Positions 49,201-60,259 of a stretch of 64,000 nt of DNA are shown here, one piece after another. The DNA lies in the NCBI GenBank assembly GCA_002189035.1, contig NEEC01000010.1:3038001-3102000 (forward strand). Reading direction: 5' to 3'. Numbering within the stretch: the first letter of the stretch is position 1; each line of letters opens with the position of its first letter. The notes beneath the pieces were generated by a model that saw nothing but the letters and a program-made list of their open reading frames with translations, searched no databases and was not told where the DNA came from. The stretch is from Utricularia gibba (taxonomy: Eukaryota; Plantae; Magnoliophyta). Made by a program: the position numbers and the translations under genes.

Positions 49201-49748
49201 CCAGTGAAGAAAACGGCGAATGTGTCTTCAAATTTTTCTTCCTCACTTCGGCAACAAACCCACTGCATCATCAAATAAAATGTTTCCATAAGTTTTCTAT
49301 TGGCATCTTGCAGCTATGCTACAGGAAGCCATATGTAAGAAAAAAAACTACAAGCCATAATACATCAACGACTAAATGGTAAGCACAAGATATGCCAGAT
49401 CACATTCACAACATTGAAATATATGGCCCATTGCAGCCTGCATTTTGAACTAGTTAGAGCACCACCACTGCATGGCTGAATCTGATGGCTAGATCACAGA
49501 CAATAAATAAAGTTAAACAGCCAGTCCAACCAATCAAGAAAAAAACTAGAAAATCTACAATTGAAAATTGCAAGCGTTTACCGCATAGAGAAATGCTCTT
49601 GCACTGGTATTTCGACCTCTTCCATAGGGCAACTGATGTCTATAGCAATTGAGTTGATCTGGATAAGCGACACTACAGACTCTGATGCAGAAGGAGGAGA
49701 ATCAGATTTCATTGGATGACCTTCCGCAGATGAATTGCTTTTCTCCAT
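46220..49748 (-). CDS. EMF1: EMBRYONIC FLOWER 1-like Polycomb-associated protein; -1 frameshift at about 46800-46815
   Basis: N-terminal IQINSIAIDI..EHFSMRGFVAEVR..LPPLSAPKFRWWQCSHC; KKKKLRSLADIM; DDIPMEIVELLAKNQQER; AMQLLSL; C-terminal CVLNRNPADFTIPDTRNEYMI. Exons: 49748-49582, 49262-48991, 48849-48754, 48675-47741, 47634-46669, 46590-46220. Confidence 0.9.
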
Positions 49749-51111
49749 TTCAAAACAACTAAATGCATCCCATAAAACAATTGGCTTAGAAATGCTATAT
49801 GATCACACTCCATTGACAAAACCATCCAACCTAGTAGATAAATCAAAACACCATCCATTCAAAAAACAAATCGAAATGAGGAAACCAAGAGCATGCCGAT
49901 AGTAACCAAGAATAGAACTGAGATGCATAGAGCATATAGCACAGCACCAATTAAGAGCAAACCACCAAACCCTAAATATCTACTTAGCTAAATTGAACGG
50001 CAGAAACAACTTAAAGTTTCAATCTTTTCCATTTTCTGATCAATGCAATTGCCAAACCCACGAAATGAAAAACAACTCACAACAAACAGAAGTAGAGCGC
50101 AATTGTAAAATTAGGGTTTTCTGAAAATCACAGTGTCCATCTGATTCTAATCTAGCCCCCCTTTTCAAAGGAACCGATAAAAACCCAGAAAGCTTCAACC
50201 TAGACTCAAAACCCATACAAAATGATGGACAATAATTTCCAATAAAAAAACCTCACAGTAACTAAGCAAAACCCAGACACATAAATTAGGGTTTACTGAG
50301 ATACTTGTAACTGGTACTACTCCAGCTTCACAAACCACCCACCACAAACAATTTACCGTACACCAGACGTCACATAAAATGACCAAGACATCGGAACGCA
50401 GAAGAAAAGAGGGGAATTTTCCTTGTTCAAAAACAAAATATAAGAAAAACAAAAACCCACTTCGGTAAAGTTGGCATAATTAAAGCAAAGCAGCTCCTTA
50501 AACGCAGATTATTAACAGATCAGAGAAGAAGATTCAGATGAGAAAAATAAAAAGAATCCAAAGTACGAACGAACTAACCTCTCTCTCCTTCGTCCGGAAA
50601 CGCAGATCAACACGACTAACCCACAGATTCCCTCCAAACCCGATCAACTGCGCGGACCCATATCTCATCTACGAGCTTGATTCGAACTGGTCCGCTGTAA
50701 TCGAACCCAACCGGAGCCCTAGTACTTTCTTTTAGGTCTGAACAATTGAAGAAAAATGGGTTCCCGATAGGGGGAGATGAGATGAAGAGAGAGAGAAAAA
50801 GTAAGAGAGAGAGAGGCCGATGGAGGAGAAAAAAAAAAGAATAATGAAACGGGGACAGGAGACTGAGGGACGGACAGTGGTGCATTTGTTCGTAAAATTT
50901 TAATGCCTGTCGATAAGTCCTACGTATTTTAAAACGATCTTGTCGCGTGTAATAAAAATAAAAATAAAATAAAATAAAAATGTGATAAATATTATGGTGA
51001 GTTGAATCCGTACGATTTCTTTCTGTTTCTCCCCGCTTGTAAGAAAGAAAGGGGGAGGGAGGGAGGAGAGGTTCTCAGACAACCATCTTTTTTTTCTCAC
51101 TGACGCCAGAG

Positions 51112-51340
51112 AACCCTAGGCACGCGAGTGGGGAGGAGAGTGGGATCCACGCGCGAGGACCAAGGGGTAGTTGTACCGTCACTGTCGCGTCAAAATGTGG
51201 TCCACGCACATACGACGGCTGCGATTGGTGCGTGCGAATCACGCCCTGGAAACCCTGGTGCTGGCTAGTTTCTGGGGTGAACCCTAAATGTGTTTGGCAA
51301 TAAAAGGAGGAACCTAAAATAAAAGTGGGGATAACCCTAA
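51112..51340. promoter_or_regulatory. Telo-box cluster upstream of EMF1-like
   Basis: AACCCTA at 51112, AACCCTAA at 51280 and 51333, and a variant AAACCCTG near 51250. More telo boxes lie in the 5' leader introns, near 49968, 50111 and 50286. Confidence 0.5.
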
Positions 51341-54239
51341 AAGGCTTTGTTTGGACGAATATTACCTTTTTACCCTCATAGTATGGCTCTCTTTCCCAAA
51401 AAAATATTTTAAAATTCCGATGTGGGATGATGAGGTTCACCAGTTCCAAACCACTCACTGAGTCTAAGAAATCTGTGAACGGGGAGGAGTGTGTGGGAAT
51501 CGGGGTCGCCTTTGTGCAGGTAGTACAGAGGAGTGGGCGCATTTCCAAGTTGTGGAAGAAACAACCCACTAAGTGTACTTAAAGTTACGAACTGGGATCT
51601 TGCAACAATGATCCCCGCCTGCATGTTTCTGGTCACCAGAACCAAAATGGAGAAGAGACCTGAGAGATGAAGCGGATAAGATCGTTGTAGTGTGAAGTGA
51701 TAGCGATGGGTCGGTGGTATTAAACTAAGAAACTTCATGTTACTGTTCAAAAAGGAAGCTGCCAAGAGCATCAGCAGCAGCAGCAGCATTCCTTGGATTT
51801 AATGCATCCAAAGAGATCTCATTTTCGTGTCAGCATGGTGATCCCTTCCATTGACCCAGCCCCTAATCCTCCTTGCTCACCCTACATAAATAAACAAAGG
51901 ATCCAAGTTCCTTTGCAACTCCTTTAGATGATGGACACCAGCAACTCACATATGGATGTTTCTCTGCACTTTTTGGTGGGTTGACTGCTCCGGTCCCTTC
52001 CGGGGAGGCGCGCGAGGGTAGTGTTATTAGGGTAAACTTGATGAAAATCCAACACCAAAACGAAAAAAAAAAAACAGTCAAAGCCTCAGTCATGATCTCA
52101 AGCACTTAAATCAGTCGATTCCTGATTGGATTTGCACTCCCTGCACCCATATCCTTTTTGGATTTACCTTCAATTCCATCAAATTCAATGTATTATTATC
52201 CAATATGAACTAGTTGAAAGAGATTTTAAGTAATGTATGATTTAATACCTCTTCTCCAATATCAAATTTCCAGAAAAACTGAGACTGATGGCGAGCATAC
52301 CATACGAGATGCACCAAACCAAAACCCAGCTTGCCGCTTGTTGCGCAGGCGCAGCACATTACGTGGATCAGCATCCAAGGGTAAAGAAATCCATCCAGCA
52401 CGCCTTTCCATTGCCTTGGAATCCACAACGCGTAGGGCAACGAGAGAAAATGCTTTATTTGAAAACAAAAACATTTTGACTCAATCACTTCAATTCTTAC
52501 AAGACTTCTCAAAACTGGTTTCACTTTCCATGGCAATAAGTACATCATGTGTCTCAACGTGGGATAGTGGAAACAAGTGGGTCATTTAGAAAATTCTTTC
52601 TATTTTACACATTACCATCAATTTTTTATACATACGTTGTTTATTTTTCTTATATACAAAAATACGGTAAGCACTTTTGTAATATATATTGAAACAAGTC
52701 CAGCATCGTACTTAATTTGTTCAAACTTTTTCGATATATTGTCCAGGCATTACCTCGACTCCGTTCCAAGTTGTCCCAACCTATGCAGGTGGTTACATGA
52801 GAACAGTATCTTAAAAATTTATTCTTTGATATTGTTAATCAAATTTTATAAATTTTAATTATAGTTTAAAAATTATTATTGATTTTAAATTAAATTGTAT
52901 CTAATGGGATGAGAATGGTGGGTCCGGGATCCGATTTGGAAAACTAATGTTGGGAACGATGGGCAAAAATGCGAAAATCCACAAATTAGGTATGCGTCAT
53001 CTTCTAACAATAATTATTTTGAAGCCCCCACTATGTTGTCTTATTCGCTTTTAGCACCAACCAAATTAAAAAAAAAAAAAAAGCCACCTTAAATGTGCCG
53101 TATTTCTTTCCACATACTCGCCGTTGATTGTTGCTTGCCCACGACGTGGGACACTTGCCTTTGCCAGCCTCCTCTCCCTTTCGTATCCTGCTAACCTGTG
53201 CCTGCACACACGACACGCCGTGGTTGAGCCGTGTCCGAGTAGGAGCTCGATTCGCATCCCTCAGTTACGCCGTTTGTACCAGTTCGGGATACTCGGCATT
53301 GTTCGTGTGGCCGATTTATGAAAATCGAGCTCGCTGATAGAAAAAGGTGGAACCCTAAAAGGGCAATCCAAGGTACTTGAGGATCCCGAGCAGCAGCATC
53401 AGGGCAAGCAGAGATGGGTGAGATCTGAACCCTCATCAAGGCGTGGAAATGGCATGAGTTGAGGAAACCGCGGTGGGCTGAGGCAGAGCTGTCTTCATAT
53501 ATACAGTAGATGGTGCAGAGTTAGTAATTGTATCTGTGTAATCGCAGAGCAGTCAGTCATTCACTGGGCTCCAACCCAGCACTCTCACGTCCCCCCGCCA
53601 TACCATACCCCACTGGGAGAGATAGATAGGGCAAACCTGGAAGCCGGTCACCGGAACCCAGATTTGATGGCAGTGCACTCCTAACGTATCATCCACATCC
53701 CTTGGCTCACGAACAGAAACAGGTTGGTGGTAGTGCACTAATTGCTCAATGACACTTCATACCTTAAAGAAAACCTCGTCTTTTTCACAGAGGACTTGGT
53801 TTCTGACGATGATCTTCATACTGATATCGGATCCGCCTTACTCCCCCAGACAGGCTTCGCCTCAGGCTCAGGCACCATTGCGTCATTAAAATAATGTTTC
53901 CCGATCTGTTCGGGGACGACGGCCGTACCTTGGACTGCGTGTGGTGGGCCGTCACATCCACTTCGCCACTTCCCTCGCTTTCGCGGTGTGTCCTGAGATG
54001 CTTTGCTTCGATCGAGAAGATATGCAAACAATAATTTAAATTGTGATAATGTTTTTTTTCTTTTTTTATTTAAAAAATTATTGTAATGATTTTTATTTAA
54101 AATAGGTCGCACAATATTTTGGGGATTAGGGCAAACACAAGGAAATAAATTTTAAAAACCAACTTGGGATTTTTTAACATTTTTTTGTGAGGGTTGTGGG
54201 TACGGGCGCGCCAGTAAGCCTAAGCGTGGGACCCAGCCC

Positions 54240-57059
54240 TATAAAAACGAGCCCGCTCCGGCCTGCGAGGGAATTTCCGGAGGGAGGTTAAGAAATACAG
54301 GCGATAATCAGCCGGCAGATCGGGGGATAAGTGATGGAACTTTGGCGACTGCTGCGGGCGGTGGAAGCCTATCCGTAATCGCCTCGCCAACTTTGGGCTA
54401 GGTCGATTTTCGGACTTTCGTCTTTGATCACGTTGTTTTGGCGCCAGAATTTCATCCCGGATGATCGTGTTGGGTGAATTGAACTAGTCTGTGACCAGCT
54501 TCTGAGTATCCCCTATCCGCTGTGAAGCATCCTTTGAGCGATTGCGGCAACGCGGGGCGTCATACCGAGAAAATGCAAGTTCAAGAACTTCTTGGTTCGT
54601 CAGATGCTTTGCCGGACGACTTTGTTAGCGGTTCACTAATCATCTTAAAAGTTAAAAAGGCGTTGTATTTCTACCAGATGAAGTTTGCTGTCTCTCTGTA
54701 CAGCGTACCAGCCCAAGCCACTAAAACGCAAATAGGTTCTCGCAGTAGTATTCTTCTTTATTTTGATAATCTGGCTTCATTTTTTTCTTGTGATAGGATG
54801 GTGAATGGCTGTACGGCTAATGATGAAGAAATTGGAATACGGCAGGAATTTATCAGTTTGTCATAATCATGATTATTGAATATGGATCACCTAGTTGCAT
54901 GAGGGGTTGCTGAAGGATCTCTTGGTGTTGGTCGATGTTCCATGATTTCGGGACTTTTGATACCGTTCTTGTAACATGTGATTTTTGTTTTTTGAATGAT
55001 TGTCTTTGCTTTGAATGGATCGATTTTGTCTGTCTTGCTACCTTGGGCATCGTTTCGTTTGGGATACCAGTAATTTGATCTCCTTGATTTCTTTTTAAGA
55101 AATAAAGTATAGGTGCAGTAAATCTTCTGTACCGTGGCGACCATGGCTTACAGTAAAGTTGAATATGGGAGTGGGTGCATACAGAACAGAGGTGGCTTTT
55201 GTATTAGTTGTGTTAGATTTGTGGCCAAATTACTGATCCAAGTCTGTTGCGAAGCTTTTTTATGCTTTCCTACACATCAGGAAGGGAAACCTCTTGTCTT
55301 GAATGATGTTTTGAATTTTGTGCTTACTAGCCTCTTGCTAACCTTTTTATTCTGTGAACTCAGTTTTTTTCTAGCACGGCTAGCTTATTGAATTGATTCA
55401 CACGTTTTGTAGTGGTTTTTGAAGTAGCATCTCCCCACACTTGGAATGCCAGAGTTCAAGAAAGTGAGCGCTAAGCTAATCCTTTGGCACGAAAGGTAAT
55501 TTGCAATTGCAATATAGTTTTAATCTGCCGTCCAAATAAGGCTCCAACTTTTTGCTGTTGCCTGTTTTTCTTCCATGAAAACCATGGATATCTTTGTATC
55601 ACTCTCACATACAGGTTGTTGTTATCTGATCTTTCTCGCTTCTTTTAGTTCTGCAATCATGGAGAATTTGTTCAGTGCTGGTGGACAGGCTAGGCTAGTT
55701 GAGGGGTTGGGGCTGAATTTTCGGCTCCCCACTCTCACCAGGTGAAATGCAAATTTCGCATTAGCGAATGAGTAATACAAGTTTAGACTTGGCGATCTTG
55801 TTTTTCGTGCAGGGTGGTATCTGCATTCCAGAGCTAACATGGGGAAACCATCAAAATGTTTTGGCTTTAGCAGACTTTATCTACGCAGATTACCATGACC
55901 CAACAACACGGACGGGATTCCCAAGGTTCAAATCTGTTATCTATAGCTCTAATTCCAAATGCATAGTTTCTACATGAAATCGTGTTAAGTTTCATAATGG
56001 ATCTTATTTTGGTTTCAACTAGTAATAAACTTTTAGTTTCATAATGGATCATAAGACCTGATGTCCTTCTTTATCTGTGCTCTGCTTATCAGATGGCCGG
56101 AAAATGGTTGACTCCAAATGAAGAGATCATGTTCCAGACCTGTTTGCTGCTTTATAACACATTGGTAGGCCATGGGATCTGTGACCTGAATCCACGGCCC
56201 ATTTAGATGCTCGTGAAAGATGGAGGTGAATGTTGTTTGGTTGCACAGAGTTGCAAGAACTATGAATGCACGAAAGCATCAACATGGATGCCAAATTAAT
56301 CCGAGTCATCTGTACTCTGTCTTACAGGTAATTCGCCGAAGATGCCGTATACAGATACATTCGTCCATAACCTCCAAGCAGAGAAAACAAGGAAACAGGA
56401 ACGAGAACCTGCCACGAAAACCGAAGCAAAACCGTGCAGCTTGTACTGCACTGCAATTTGGGCATGCCAAGCCATTGCATTGAAATGAACTTTTATTGCG
56501 GCTTGTTCTGGGGACATCCCCATGAGCTGTTGGCAGGATGCCCCTCCTTTCTTTTTGGTCCGAACGGTTCCCGTTCTGATTGGTTGGACAAAATCGAATG
56601 TTCAATAGCGGGTCATGTTTCAACACTTTTGACTTTTTTTTGTTGTTCCAGGGAATCATTCGCCTCCCAGAATTCCAAATCTTCTCCAGACTGTGTAGAT
56701 TCCTCCACTTGACCAAGATACGCACATTTCACAATAAAAAACTTATATCATAATGTTGAAAGCATCTTGTGATATTCTGCTTACAGATCTGTGCGACGAA
56801 GGAACAAAAGCGGCATCTGCGACGGTGATGAGGAGTGAGAAAACAACAAAGCATACCTTTTCAGCCCAAGTCTTCCGGCAGGGAGCCTGAGTGTCGGAAA
56901 ACGGTACCAAGATCCACTTCTTCAGCGTTAACTGGATAACTCTCTCTTAATTAATCTTCATCATTATCCAGTAACCTGGATCTGTTAATCCCCCCACTAA
57001 TTTCTCTGCGTTCCTGTGTTTCTTAATCACACGTATCCCTGTTTTCTCTCCTCTGTCAG
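54240..57059 (+). ncRNA. Putative multi-exon spliced transcript with no recognisable ORF (lncRNA, decayed gene or long YUCCA leader)
   Basis: TATAAAA at 54240. Canonical GT..YAG introns at 55742-55812, 55926-56092, 56165-56327 and 56971-57059; further pyrimidine-rich acceptors ending 54796, 55648, 56651 and 56786. All three frames of the spliced exons contain stops. Confidence 0.45.
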
Positions 57060-57189
57060 TTACCCGGATCTTTGGATCAGCAGCCCAGTTTCCTGGAAAA
57101 CATCAGTCTCTGCTACTCCCTCTGGTATAAATATCGCCCCTTTATCTCATCCTTTTCCATTCACCTACATTTGAGCTTCTTCTTGATAT

Positions 57190-58716
57190 ATGGCCTATCA
57201 CTGCTACTCCTCCGAAATGGAAGCGAAGTCTTCTAATGATCCTCTCTTCAAGGGCCTTTCGAAACGCTGTATCTGGGTTCCCAGCCCGCTGATCGTCGGC
57301 GCCGGTCCCTCCGGCCTCGCCGTGGCTGCCTGCCTGAAAAACAGAGGAATCCCATCTCTGCTTCTGGAAAGGTCGAGCTGCATAGCGTCTTTGTGGCAGG
57401 AGAAGACTTACGATCGCCTCAAGCTTCATCTCCCCAAGCAGTTCTGTGAGCTGCCGATGATGCCGTTTCCGCCGGAGTACCCGGCGTACCCTACGAAGAA
57501 CCAGTTTATACGTTATTTGGAAGAGTATGCCGAGCGGTTTGAGATTCAGCCGCGTTTCAATCAGCGAGTGGTGGCGGCGGAGTTCGACGCGAACGTCGGG
57601 TTTTGGAAGGTGACGACTGAGGAGGTGGAGTATTTCTGCCGGTGGCTTGTGGTGGCCACAGGGGAAAATGCGGATGAGGTGCTGCCGGAGATCGAAGGGC
57701 TCGGGGAGTTCAGTGGGGAGGTGATGCACAGCAGTAAGTACAGAAACGGGGAGAGCTTCAAAGGGAAGAAAGTCCTTGTCGTTGGATGTGGGAATTCCGG
57801 CATGGAAGTCTCCCTGGACCTCTGCAACCACTTCGCTCTGCCGTCCCTCGTTGTTCGAGACAGGGTACTTCCACTTCCTACACAAACCTTTGATTCTAAT
57901 CATCATCCATGCCTTGTCCGATTTCGTGTTCTTCTATTCTATTTTAAGAAGACATGCTGCTTGCCATATGATCCTAATTTGGCTGTGGGTGATTCAGCTC
58001 CATGTGCTACCAAGAGAAACATTTGGATGGTCTACTTTCGGCTTGTCCACGTGGTTGCTCAAGTGGGTTCCGGTGGGACTCGTCGATCGGATCATCCTGG
58101 CGTTGACGTGGTTGAAATTCGGAGACACTTCACGATTGGGACTGGTTCGCCCTGGTTTGGGTCCGATACAACTCAAGACCCAGTTCGGGAAAACCCCAGT
58201 TCTCGACGTGGGCACCCTCGATCGGATCAGAAGTGGACACATCAAGGTGCAGCAGCATCCATTTTCTTTTCCCAGGTGTGATCGTGGAAGTAACATGCTT
58301 TGTTTCTGATCAGGTGCGGCCGGGTATCCGGAGATTGCGGCGTCGTTCGGTGGAGTTCGACGACGGTACGGTGGAGGACTTCGATGCGCTGCTCCTGGCA
58401 ACAGGATTCAAGAGCAACGTAGCATCGTGGCTCATGGTAACCATGAGCTAACATGAACTAACAACGCACAGACATGAATGAACTAACCGCGCCAGTGTAC
58501 CAGGATGACGAGACCTTTTCGAGGAAGGACGGCCGCCCCAGGAAGCAATTCCCCAACAGCTGGAAAGGCAGCCGGGGGCTGTACGCCGTCGGATTCACGA
58601 ACCGAGGCATTCTCGGAGCGTCGATGGACGCCCAGAAGATCGCCGGCGACATTCATCAGCTCTGGGCAGCGGAGCCAAGCCATCTGCTGCCCACCCTCGC
58701 TTGCCGGAGCGTCTGA
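57190..58716 (+). CDS. YUC: YUCCA flavin monooxygenase (indole-3-pyruvate to IAA), YUC2/YUC6 clade
   Basis: Exons 57190-57864, 57998-58246, 58314-58436, 58504-58716. FAD motif [32 protein letters not shown] motif [16 protein letters not shown] motif [30 protein letters not shown] at about 57126. Confidence 0.97.
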
Positions 58717-60259
58717 GTTGAGAGTAGTTGTTGTGAGAGGGCAGGTAGTGTAGGTGAATAAGCAGGAGGGGTCGTTGTGTAAATATTGTAAAGTGTCCGA
58801 TCCATATTGCAATTTTGGAGAAATTATGATACCAGAATCAACAATAAATTTTCATCATTCTACTGCAACCCTCCAGCAAGTCCATCACCAGGACCACTCG
58901 AATTGAATAAATGGAACCGGACACCTTTGACTAGCAACATGAATTACACTTTTAGTAGGTGTTTTATTTTAAGCATCTCATATACATGTTTCCACAACTG
59001 AAGTCATATATAGATAAGTATTTTAAAGAGAAAATTACAAGAAAACATTTCAAGTGTCCATTAGTATAAAGAATTTTTCGCATTCGCATATGGATATTTA
59101 CGAATCAAAATCCATTGTTAGGATTATTTTGAAGTTCAATGAGGATAAAGACATAAAAGAAGGATGACTGTAATTTATAGATATTGTTTATAGTGATACA
59201 TCGTTATAATTTGATTAAGGTAAAAAATCAATTAGTTTTAGTAATATAAAAGACTAAATATATAGTTTAATAAGTTTGAGTTTACAAAAAAAATAAGTTA
59301 AGTGATTGTACCTAAAAACATTAGGTTATACAAAATATGTGACTGGTGATTTGCTGCTACATCTCCTCAGGGATAGGCTGAAAGTACGCGATGCTTCAAG
59401 TACTGGTACTGTTGCCATCAATGGCTCACAAGTTTGATGCAAGCCCTTCATTGACACCGCTTGTGTTTAGACACATCTTGTAAAAGGGTAGCTGAATCTG
59501 TACGCGGGCGGGTTGTTTGGCGCAGAAGACAAGTGCTTTAGGCATATTCTGTGCATCAAAGAGATGCGGAGCGCGGGGATTGGGAAGAAGGCAACTCCCA
59601 TGTGCTCTGATCCCCTGGAGAAATGTTTGCAATCACAGGAGCTGACCTTTTTCCTGTTGCTGTGGGGGAAATAGGACATGTGTTGTTTCATTATTTCCTG
59701 TCCTTTCTCGTTCAATGCCGGAGAGGCATATCTCCGGGTATCTTCGCTTTATTCGGTGCCATTGTTTCTGTGTGTCCACGACGACTAGAAAAAAGGAGAT
59801 CATAGCAGATCTTCTAGTGGCGTTGCTGTTGAGTCGCGTTTAGGGTTCATGATTAGGGACCAACAAACCCACTCAGGATTATGAGGGTAGTTGTCTGATA
59901 TGGCTGCCACCATGAGCCAAAAGTACGAGATAATTCCAAGATATAGTCAACTTTATCATTTAATGGATCATTTCATTTCCACATCATTATTTATTATTTA
60001 TTTTTGTACAAAAAATCATATAAATTTATATTTTTCTAAAAATATATATATTTAATTATATTTTATATTAAAAATTTAAATATAATATATTACAATATAA
60101 TTATATTACAATATTTATATTAATCAATAAATTAAAACATAACAATTAAATATATACAAAAATTATGCAATAAAATATTTAATAAATGCATAAGTAATAT
60201 TATTTAAATTAAAATCCCAAAGTCTCGAAAACACATTCTCGAAAATATCTAAAATTGAA

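Noticed and set aside
51806-51856. miR393-like 21-mer TCCAAAGAGATCTCATTTTCG with a partial star-like sequence downstream
   Set aside because: At least five mismatches to miR393, and the two arms do not pair into a miRNA-type hairpin.
53221-53241. miR171-like TGGTTGAGCCGTGTCC
   Set aside because: Only the 5' two-thirds resembles miR171, and there is no complementary arm.
54819-54912. Possible C/D snoRNA (ATGATGA ... CTGA)
   Set aside because: No terminal stem, and no rRNA/snRNA antisense element that I can recognise; needs snoscan or Infernal.
57142-57906. 254-aa antisense ORF over YUCCA exon 1
   Set aside because: Shadow ORF caused by GC-rich codon usage on the sense strand; no recognisable motif.
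58247-58275. Alternative acceptor CCCAG in YUCCA intron 2
   Set aside because: It would leave a 29-nt intron, below the workable minimum.
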